DNA from: an uncultured Acidimicrobiia bacterium
GTDB lineage: Bacteria; Acidobacteriota; Terriglobia; Versatilivoradales; Versatilivoraceae
Direction: 5' to 3'
Length of the DNA stretch: 64,000 bases
Assembly (NCBI GenBank): GCA_963786955.1
Contig: CAWBAT010000005.1
Span: 576,001 to 640,000, forward strand
This document shows positions 19,490 to 27,524 of this stretch, one piece after another. The position numbers were made by a program, and so were the translations under genes. Numbering within the stretch: the stretch's first letter is position 1; each line of letters starts with the position of its first letter. The notes beneath the pieces are model-generated. The model was not told the origin of the DNA. It ran no database searches and saw only the letters and a program-made list of their open reading frames with translations.

Positions 19490-21163
19490 CTATCCTTTCC
19501 TCTCCATCACTAGTACCCAATCTTGGAAGATCGGCGGAACGGGAATCTGCCAATCCCCTGAAGCATCCGCCGTGGCTTCGCCGAGTTCATATTCCTTTCC
19601 ATTGGGAGGGCTGAAAAAGAAGGCGTGATAGCGTATACCCGGTTCCAGTTGTTTCATCTTAGGAGCATTCCATACGGGTGGGAGAAAAGCGATTCGCAGC
19701 TCTCCCGGAATTCCAGCGAGATAGGGCTGAATATAATTTTCCGAAGTCCAATGGGGATCGATCCATTCCGGATGTGGCTCTAGTCGCCACCACGGGTAGC
19801 GCAGCAAAAGAGTTTTAGCCAATCCGAGTTGCCGTGACCCCGGCAACTGAGCGGCTTCATCCCAGGGTGTATCTCCCCACGAGCGCCCGTGTGGAGACGG
19901 CCCAAACGGCTGCTTCGTTGTATTGACTTGCCAGATCCCGTTCGCACCGTAAGTATGTCCACCAGCCCCGTTGAGAATACAGGCCCAGAACATAAACCGT
20001 TGAATTTCTTGCCGGCTGGCTTCCATGATCCCTTCATAGCAGACCTCGCCATCCACTACGGGCATCTTGGGAATGTGCTGCAGGGAAGTGGTGACTAGTC
20101 TGACGGTTTTGGGAATGCTGTTGCGATCGCTGTGACCCGTTTGGAGCATGTCAAAGTCAATCACAGTGGGATCATCAACCGAATCGTGAGCGGTTTCCGA
20201 AGGATGGATTGTCAACGGGTGATGAGAGGGATCGATCTGACGCACATACCTGGCCACTTCGGTCCAACCTTTCTTCTGGGCGACTTTGTCTTCTTCCGGA
20301 TTCTTAGAAAGATAATAGGGCATCGTTCCTTCACCGGCCAGGCACCAGAGCACGGGATAAGCTCCCCAGCGCGCCACCAGGTATCGCCAGTGTTGCTTCA
20401 TTTTCGTGAGGCCCATGATCGGGAGAAAATAGCCCCAACAGCCTACAATACAGGGAACTAATCCAATCTCGGCCAGATACTGGATGCGCAGGTCGGCTTG
20501 ATCAAAGTAGGCCGGATTGATTCTGCTGTAGCCCTTTTCCCACGGATATCCCGCTTCGTTGGCACCGCGGGGGTCGAATTCCGGCATATCGGGATAAAGG
20601 CCGGCGACAATCTGGACGACAGTAAACCCTTTCTTGATCCGGTCTGCAGCAAGCAGCTGAATGTCTTCCGGCCATCGCATCCGTTGGCATAATCCCATCC
20701 ACCAGGTGTCTCCCAACCAGAAAAATGAAGTTCCGTCGCGATGCTCAAAATGGCGGAGATCGGTGGATACCTTGAGAGGCCCGTGTTTGTAAAGCGGGCT
20801 TTCACCTGTGTAGCTTAATACTTCAATGAATCCGGTCCGCCCATGCAAATCTGGATTGCCGGTGTCACTGCAAATGGTTCGAAAAGAATAGCGCCCCGGG
20901 GTGGGTGGAGAGAACCGGACAGTCCATAACTGTTCCCCTGCCCAAAAAGCCGGGACACGATACTCCTGCTTTTCTGGGCTAATGAACAGGACATCTAACT
21001 CGACTTCGTTAAACGGGTCCTTGTATGTCTTCTGAGAATTGAAAGAGGACTGGGCAACCCGGTTTTGAACGGCGTATCTAGTTTGAGCCAATCCCAGACG
21101 ATTCGCGAGCAAACCGGCTCCCGCGGCTGTGACCAGAAACGAGCGACGTGATAGAGATCTCAT
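19490..21163 (-). CDS. DUF5060/DUF4038 (apiosidase-like) putative glycoside hydrolase, Tat-exported
   Basis: SRRSFL; FFWLGDTWW, MLQTGH, GEVCYE, GHTYGANGIW. Confidence 0.85.
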   Translation of the reverse strand: MRSLSRRSFLVTAAGAGLLANRLGLAQTRYAVQNRVAQSSFNSQKTYKDPFNEVELDVLFISPEKQEYRVPAFWAGEQLWTVRFSPPTPGRYSFRTICSDTGNPDLHGRTGFIEVLSYTGESPLYKHGPLKVSTDLRHFEHRDGTSFFWLGDTWWMGLCQRMRWPEDIQLLAADRIKKGFTVVQIVAGLYPDMPEFDPRGANEAGYPWEKGYSRINPAYFDQADLRIQYLAEIGLVPCIVGCWGYFLPIMGLTKMKQHWRYLVARWGAYPVLWCLAGEGTMPYYLSKNPEEDKVAQKKGWTEVARYVRQIDPSHHPLTIHPSETAHDSVDDPTVIDFDMLQTGHSDRNSIPKTVRLVTTSLQHIPKMPVVDGEVCYEGIMEASRQEIQRFMFWACILNGAGGHTYGANGIWQVNTTKQPFGPSPHGRSWGDTPWDEAAQLPGSRQLGLAKTLLLRYPWWRLEPHPEWIDPHWTSENYIQPYLAGIPGELRIAFLPPVWNAPKMKQLEPGIRYHAFFFSPPNGKEYELGEATADASGDWQIPVPPIFQDWVLVMERKG

Positions 21164-21338
21164 CTGTTCTCCTTAATCAAGTGAATGGACGTGCCTTAAT
21201 TTCCCTCTAACTGGGGGAAGGTTCGTTTGCAGTGCCAAGCGTGAAAGACCGCAGTGGTAAAGGGACTTCGACCCACCCCTGAGGGCTAAAGACGCGTGAA
21301 GGCTTCTCAAGCCTTCACTCCCCTCCGACGGAGGGAAA

Positions 21339-21440
21339 GTGTGAAAAAATCGGTTGTAGCGGCGGGCTGTGACCGCCGGATTCTTTTCATTTCAACGGCT
21401 TGGTCGGCGCTCATAGAGCGCCGCTACAATTTCTTCACAC
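21339..21440. repeat. REPIN-like doublet inside short inverted repeats
   Basis: GTGTGAAAAAAT / ATTTCTTCACAC ends enclosing TTGTAGCGGCGG.. and ..CGGCGCTCATAGAGCGCCGCTACAA. Confidence 0.7.
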
Positions 21441-21686
21441 CAGGAGTGCAGGGGTGGACTTATCAATGAAAAGCGGGCAGGAGGCCGACGCTTCCAACCG
21501 CTCACTCCCAATAATAGATCAGAACGGGTAGGTCTTCTGCCTATTTTGTGTCAAGCAATTTGTTCCGGTTGGAGCGGGCGCTCCACCCGAAGAAAAAAAA
21601 GCCCGAGTGGCAAGGGCATGCGGGTCCGCCGTCCCCCGCTCGCACATTCCACAATAACTAATTAAGGATGACGGGACCAACCCTCT

Positions 21687-22625
21687 TCATTTAGGACTCT
21701 TAGTCTTTCCGATGCGATGAAGCAGACTTTGCAACTCTTTATTGTTTTGAACCAACTTGTACACCTCGGTGAAATCGGCCTGCGCATCAAAACGTTCCAG
21801 AGCCATCTCCCAGTATTGCCGAGTGCGCAGAGCAAGGGGTAAATCCATTCTGAGGCGGTGTTCCAGGTTCGTAATCAGTTTGAGGTCTTTATAAGCGACT
21901 CGAATGCTTGCCCCGGATTGAAAGGAATTGGAAAGGATAAAACGTGGAAAACGGAGTTCGGTTTCATAGCTCCGTGCATTGCTGTTTTGAAAGACATCAA
22001 TTAATAGAGCGGGATCGAAACCGAGCGCTTTTCCAGCCCAGAGCGCTTCACAAGTGGCCAGGAAAAGAGTAAACGAAAGTTGATTTTGCAGCAGTTTGAC
22101 CTTCTGGCCCATACCTGCACCGCCCGCATAGACAACTTTTCTTGAGATGGCCGAAAATAGGGGCTGGCAATCCTTACAGAGCCGTTTGTCTCCGCCTACC
22201 ATGAGGAGCAAAGTGCCCGCCCTGGCGCCGACCGCCCCTCCCGTCATGGGCGCCTCAAGCATACGAAACCCCTTCTTGGCTAGCCGTTTTTGATTTCTGA
22301 TGGCCAATGCAGGGTCCCCGGTCGTCATATCAATGACAAGGTCCCCTCGACGCAACCCGGCCAAAACCGCCTGTTTGGAATAGAGCACCTCATCGAGAGC
22401 TGCATTGTCGGTCACAGTTAGCAAGACCACCCGACTAGCCTGGCCCAGTTCCTTGAGAGAAGTGGTGAGCCGCACTCCTTTTCGGCCAGATCCCCATTGG
22501 CGGACCTTATCGCTTCGTTCATGAACCGTTAAAGAGAAGCCATGTTTAAGAAGATTTTCGGCGACGCCGAGCCCCATGTTTCCCAGCCCCACTAGTCCTA
22601 TAGGAGTTGCAGTTGAAATTTTCAT
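21687..22625 (-). CDS. 3-hydroxyisobutyrate dehydrogenase-family NAD(P) oxidoreductase
   Basis: GLGNMG, EAPMTGG, KLLQN. Confidence 0.88.
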   Translation of the reverse strand: MKISTATPIGLVGLGNMGLGVAENLLKHGFSLTVHERSDKVRQWGSGRKGVRLTTSLKELGQASRVVLLTVTDNAALDEVLYSKQAVLAGLRRGDLVIDMTTGDPALAIRNQKRLAKKGFRMLEAPMTGGAVGARAGTLLLMVGGDKRLCKDCQPLFSAISRKVVYAGGAGMGQKVKLLQNQLSFTLFLATCEALWAGKALGFDPALLIDVFQNSNARSYETELRFPRFILSNSFQSGASIRVAYKDLKLITNLEHRLRMDLPLALRTRQYWEMALERFDAQADFTEVYKLVQNNKELQSLLHRIGKTKSPK

Positions 22626-22829
22626 GTTTGATCTCCGATCGTTTTGAATGAAAAAGATACCTTATATCAAAGAATTGACAACGAATATCACCTTGATCAT
22701 GCCTCCAATTCGTTATATTCTCTATAGTTGGTTTCCCATGAATTCCTAAACTAAATTTGTCTGAGATTTCTGTGCAGGTGAAGGCAGGGGATTGTCAAAT
22801 ATCCCGTGGGGAGAGGAACGGTTGATCTT

Positions 22830-24239
22830 ATGACTTCGCGACGGGGCCTTTATATGCTTGCTCAACTCTTTTTTTGTGGAGTCCTTTTCATGCTTCCTTC
22901 AGCTATGGCTGCTGCCGAAGATGCCGGGAAGAAGGATACCAGCGAGCCTGTCAGTTATTTCAAACAGATTCGACCCATCTTGCAGCGGCAATGCCAGGGA
23001 TGCCACCAGCCAGCCACTAAACAGGCTGATTTGATGTTGACGAGCTATGAGTCCTTCAAAGCGGGAGGGCGCAGCGGGCCCGCTTTTGTGCCGGGAGATC
23101 CTGGTAAGAGTCTGATCATGGCTTACCTGAATGGGGAACGGGAGCCCCGCATGCCCCTGGGAGGGGAACCCCTTACGGCTGAACAAATTGGCTTCTTTCA
23201 ACGCTGGATTGCTGCAGGAGCAGCGGATGACACTCCTGATGTGGGACGGGATACCGTTGCGGCAGGAAAACCTCCGGTTTATACCATCGCCCCGGCGATC
23301 GTTGCTGTCGCCTATTCTCCTGATGGCAACTTGATAGCGGTTTCCGGATATCGGGAAGTTCTCCTCCACAAATACGACGGCAGCGAACTGGTTGCGCGAC
23401 TGGTGGGCGTATCCGATCGCATCCAGTCCATAGTTTTCTCACCCGACGGGAAATTGATGGCGGCGGTTGGTGGAACTCCCGCTCGCTTTGGTGAAGTTCA
23501 AATCTGGGATCTCGAAACCCGCCAGCTAAAACGATCTATCACTGTTTCTTCAGACACCTTATTTGGCGCTTCCTTCTCTCCGGATGGATCTAAGCTGGCC
23601 TTCGGCTGTGCCGACAACACGATTCGCATTATCGATGTCCAATCGGGCAAAGAACTGCAGAAGATGACACATCACGATAATTGGGTGTTCGGAACCGCAT
23701 TTTCAGTCGACGGGAAAAGATTGGTGTCAGTGGGCCGGGACCGTGCAGTGAAACTCATGGATGTGAATACGGGCGCGTTCATTGAGAATCTAAATCAACT
23801 GCGTGGCGAACTCGATTGTGTCGCTCGCCATCCTAAGAAAGATATCGTGCTGGTGGGTGGGGCAGACCGTCTTCCGTTACTTTATATGATGACCCGACCT
23901 CGCGCCATGCGGGTAGGCGAAGAATCCACTCTGATCCGACAATTTGAGAAACAGCCGGGAAAAATTGTGACTGCGGCATTCAAGCCGGATGGTCAGAAGA
24001 TCGCCGTAGGAGGAGCTGCAAGCGATATTGCGATCTATAGCACGGAAGACGGGCAGAAAACGGCAAGCTTAACGGGATTTGAAGGGGAAATATACACGTT
24101 GTCCTTTAATCCAAAAGGGGATCGCCTCGCAGCCGCCGGTTTTGATGGCAAAATTCGGATCTATGACCCCGAAACTGGAAAATTGATCACGACATTTATT
24201 CCTGTCCCCTTGGAAAAACCCGCGATTTCCATGAAATAG
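22830..24239 (+). CDS. exported planctomycete-type cytochrome c plus WD40 repeat protein
   Basis: signal peptide, CQGCH, RMPLGG..WIAAGA, several FSPDG WD40 repeats. Confidence 0.88.
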   Translation: MTSRRGLYMLAQLFFCGVLFMLPSAMAAAEDAGKKDTSEPVSYFKQIRPILQRQCQGCHQPATKQADLMLTSYESFKAGGRSGPAFVPGDPGKSLIMAYLNGEREPRMPLGGEPLTAEQIGFFQRWIAAGAADDTPDVGRDTVAAGKPPVYTIAPAIVAVAYSPDGNLIAVSGYREVLLHKYDGSELVARLVGVSDRIQSIVFSPDGKLMAAVGGTPARFGEVQIWDLETRQLKRSITVSSDTLFGASFSPDGSKLAFGCADNTIRIIDVQSGKELQKMTHHDNWVFGTAFSVDGKRLVSVGRDRAVKLMDVNTGAFIENLNQLRGELDCVARHPKKDIVLVGGADRLPLLYMMTRPRAMRVGEESTLIRQFEKQPGKIVTAAFKPDGQKIAVGGAASDIAIYSTEDGQKTASLTGFEGEIYTLSFNPKGDRLAAAGFDGKIRIYDPETGKLITTFIPVPLEKPAISMK

Positions 24240-24242
24240 ATA

Positions 24243-24431
24243 TTGAAGAAGATAATGGACCACGGGGGACACGGGGGTGGCGACGATCTAATCGATTGTG
24301 ACGATAATTTGATCGACAAAGTCTTGACGGCGGTGACAATGGTCCACCGAAGTCTAGGCCCTGGGCTATTTGAGTCGGTATATGAATCCGCCACGATGAT
24401 CGAGCTATACGAAAAGAATATGGCAACTTAA
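24243..24431 (+). pseudogene. truncated GxxExxY copy
   Basis: VHRSLGPGLFESVYE then stop; paralogous to the 5' end of the next gene. Confidence 0.8.
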
Positions 24432-24908
24432 GAGGTAAGTCGCGATTCCCGCACGGTCACCTGGAAAAAATGAAAATAATAGCCGCCGGGGAGCACGGGG
24501 GTGGCGGCGATCTTATCGATTGTAATCATGCCTTGATTGATAGTGTGTTAACAGCCTTGACTGAAGTTCATCGAACACTAGGTCCTGGGCTTTTCGAATC
24601 AGTTTATGAATCTGCAACAATGATTGAATTGGAAAAGATGAACATCCCAGCCAAAAGGCAAGTAGAGATTCCGGTTCATTATCGTGGAAAGGATTTAGGC
24701 ATTGGCTTCCGCGCGGATATTGTAGTTTCGGGTTGTCTTCTATTGGAACTGAAAACGATCGAAGAGTTTGCCCCTATTCATATCGCGCAGGTAATTACTT
24801 ACCTGAGGCTTCTGCGATTCAAGCGAGGATATTTGATCAATTTTAACAAGAAACTTTTAAAGGATGGGATCAAACGTGTTTCGATTTAGTCCCCGTGTCC
24901 CCCGTGGT
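24259..24908. mobile_element. GxxExxY element bounded by a perfect 18-bp inverted repeat
   Basis: ACCACGGGGGACACGGGG (24259-24276) and CCCCGTGTCCCCCGTGGT (24891-24908). Confidence 0.7.
24470..24889 (+). CDS. GxxExxY protein (PD-(D/E)XK nuclease fold)
   Basis: GPGLFESVYE, RADIVV, ELK, AQVITYL, GYLINF. Confidence 0.92.
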   Translation: MKIIAAGEHGGGGDLIDCNHALIDSVLTALTEVHRTLGPGLFESVYESATMIELEKMNIPAKRQVEIPVHYRGKDLGIGFRADIVVSGCLLLELKTIEEFAPIHIAQVITYLRLLRFKRGYLINFNKKLLKDGIKRVSI

Positions 24909-27389
24909 TTTCGATCTTTCGTATTTTTTCAAATCTTCATCGTGATTAACGGCGCTGCTAACTTATTCGCGGCGGGGCCGGTCTTAAAATCCATGGAACC
25001 GCGCGGTGGGCAGCAAGGCAGAGCCTTCACGCTCACACTCGTAGGGGAACAATTAACGAGTGGCGCTGAACTCATTACCACTTTACCGGGTTCTCTATCG
25101 CGCTTGTCCTCCCCGCCCGATACTCCTGAATCTGATTCCCAGCTTTATTTCCTGGTGCAGTTGACGGCAGACGCAAAGGTAGGACTCTACCCCATCCGCA
25201 TCCGGACGGACCGGGGCCTCTCCAATATTCTGCTCTTCAGCATTGGTACTTTACCCGAGACAGCCGAAGAGGAATCCCTTCTGAAGCAGCCCACCGACAA
25301 GACCAACAATGATTCCGTGGCGCGCGCCCAAAGGTTAACTCTGCCAATTACAGTCAATGGCACTCTCGAAGGCCCGGACCAGGATTATTACCGTTTTAAC
25401 GTGAAGGCCGGTGAGAAGTGGGTTTGTGAAGTTGAAGCGAGGCGAGGCGGTTCGGCGATTGACCCGGCGTTCGAGATTCTGGACGCTACGGGCGCGACAA
25501 TTGGGAGAGTAAACGACAGCCCCGGGATCGGCGTCGATGCGCGGCAAGAATTCACATTCCAGAAATCCGGCGAGTATTTCATCGTCGTCCATGACGTGAA
25601 GTATAGCGACCAGGAACAAAACTTCTATCGTCTGAAAATCGGTTCGTATCCTTTTGCAGAGGGAATGTTTCCGTTGGGCTGGCAACGAGGGGGTTCTGTC
25701 GACGTGACGATGTTTGGAGGGAATCTAGCCAAGCCTGTCACAGTGAAGCCGGACCTCAAACAGGATCCCACGAAAGTATTCATGCCGGTCGGGCTTCCGG
25801 GGAGCGACAGCCTTCCTTTCCTCTTCCGCATCGGTGGCTTGCCGGAAACTTTGGAGCCTGTAAACGCCTCCGCCGGCCAAGGAAAGACTCCCTCGTCAGA
25901 GAAGGAAAAGACGGCAACTTTAGAAAGCTTGCCGACTCTTCCTTTGGCAACTGTGGTCAATGGCCGAATTAGCCAACCCGGAGAAATAGACCGTTATCGT
26001 CTCAAAGTTTCCCCCGGCCAGCACTGGAATTTCGAGATGGAAGCAGCCTCACTCCAAACTTCGAAATTGCTGGGTGTCCTCTCTATTTATGATGCCGCAA
26101 CCAACAAACGTCTGGATATCGCGGAACTGGGCAAAGAGGATGGAAGAAACCCCTTCAATTTTGAAGGAAGCCGCAACGAGGTGGATCCGCGTCTTTCCTT
26201 TCAAGTGCCAGACAACGTGACGGAAATTATTGTTGCCGTGGAAGACTTGATTGGACGCAGCGGACCTGACTACGCCTACCGTCTGGTCGGTTATGAGCAG
26301 GCACCCGATTTTGCGATCGAGCTCAACACCCCGTACGTGAATATTCCCCAGAACGGTTCGGTGGCGGTGGACGTTATGGTCAATCGCCGAGGCTATGATG
26401 GGCCCATTCGCTTGAGTATTCCAGATCTTCCACCCGACATCATTTTCGAAGGTGGGAACATTCCCGCCGAAATGAATCCCCCTGAGGACCGGCGGTCCCA
26501 GATTCCCGGAGTCTTTACACTTTCTGCCCCGCCTGAGGCTAAAATTCGTTCCTTTCCAATGACCATCTATGCGGACGCTGTTTCTTCCCCAACGCCCATC
26601 CGCAAACTCGTCGCCGGACCAGGCATTTTGAATGTGGTCCAGGGAAATAAGCAAAAGCCTGTCAAAGCTCCCTGGCTGAGCACCCAAATGCCCGCCGCAA
26701 CGACAAAGCCTTTGCCTTTGGGCCTCGAGCTTTCTACTCATCATGTCCGCATCATCCAAGGAACAGAATTTCTCTTAAAATGGAAACTCGTTAGGCCAAC
26801 AGCTTCCACAGAGACCGTGCGTCCCGACCCTCGAGGGTTGGCATCCATCAAAGACTTCAGGTTTGCACGAAGAACAGACCGTCCCGACTTTGACCAAGAA
26901 GGAGGCTTCACTTTAGCCACCACCTTCGCAACGCCTCTCGTGACTTTCGACTTCATATTCGATGGATCCAAGATGGTCGGTGGGAAATTGGAGAAGGTGG
27001 TGACTTCCCCCGCAATCACGGTCGAGATAGTGCCGGGCTATGTATTGAAACTTGCCTCGCAGACGATTGAGATGAAGACCGGCGGAAAATTCGAATTGGC
27101 GGGCAAAGTAGAGCGAGAACCGGGGTTTACCGGAATCATCAAGGTCCGGGCAGATGATTTGCCTGATCATTTGACTTGTCAGGATGTCATTATGAAACCC
27201 GATCAGAACGATTTTTCTCTGGTCTTTCAGGCCAGTCCGGAAGTTGCCCCAGGAGACTTTCCCATTCGAATACTCTCCTCAGCAACCATTCCGGAACGGA
27301 GGGACCAACAGGAGTATAGCGTACCAGAGCAGAAGGCTCGGCTGGTTGTTTCGGCAAGTAAAGGGAGCATTCAACAAGCCGTGAAGTGA
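24864..27389 (+). CDS. exported multi-PPC (pre-peptidase C-terminal) domain protein
   Basis: PRGGQQG start of mature chain; repeated NG.....DxYRF PPC modules; true start ambiguous. Confidence 0.8.
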   Translation: MGSNVFRFSPRVPRGFRSFVFFQIFIVINGAANLFAAGPVLKSMEPRGGQQGRAFTLTLVGEQLTSGAELITTLPGSLSRLSSPPDTPESDSQLYFLVQLTADAKVGLYPIRIRTDRGLSNILLFSIGTLPETAEEESLLKQPTDKTNNDSVARAQRLTLPITVNGTLEGPDQDYYRFNVKAGEKWVCEVEARRGGSAIDPAFEILDATGATIGRVNDSPGIGVDARQEFTFQKSGEYFIVVHDVKYSDQEQNFYRLKIGSYPFAEGMFPLGWQRGGSVDVTMFGGNLAKPVTVKPDLKQDPTKVFMPVGLPGSDSLPFLFRIGGLPETLEPVNASAGQGKTPSSEKEKTATLESLPTLPLATVVNGRISQPGEIDRYRLKVSPGQHWNFEMEAASLQTSKLLGVLSIYDAATNKRLDIAELGKEDGRNPFNFEGSRNEVDPRLSFQVPDNVTEIIVAVEDLIGRSGPDYAYRLVGYEQAPDFAIELNTPYVNIPQNGSVAVDVMVNRRGYDGPIRLSIPDLPPDIIFEGGNIPAEMNPPEDRRSQIPGVFTLSAPPEAKIRSFPMTIYADAVSSPTPIRKLVAGPGILNVVQGNKQKPVKAPWLSTQMPAATTKPLPLGLELSTHHVRIIQGTEFLLKWKLVRPTASTETVRPDPRGLASIKDFRFARRTDRPDFDQEGGFTLATTFATPLVTFDFIFDGSKMVGGKLEKVVTSPAITVEIVPGYVLKLASQTIEMKTGGKFELAGKVEREPGFTGIIKVRADDLPDHLTCQDVIMKPDQNDFSLVFQASPEVAPGDFPIRILSSATIPERRDQQEYSVPEQKARLVVSASKGSIQQAVK

Positions 27390-27524
27390 ACGGCCATTGC
27401 TGTAGCCAGGGATAATTGACTCCGGCCAGCCCGAGCGTTTAGGTAATTTTGAGGAATCTTAGCGGCAAGCACCGACTAAGAAATATGGCTTAGTTGTTTT
27501 AGATTTTCGAAATGGAATTTTGGA

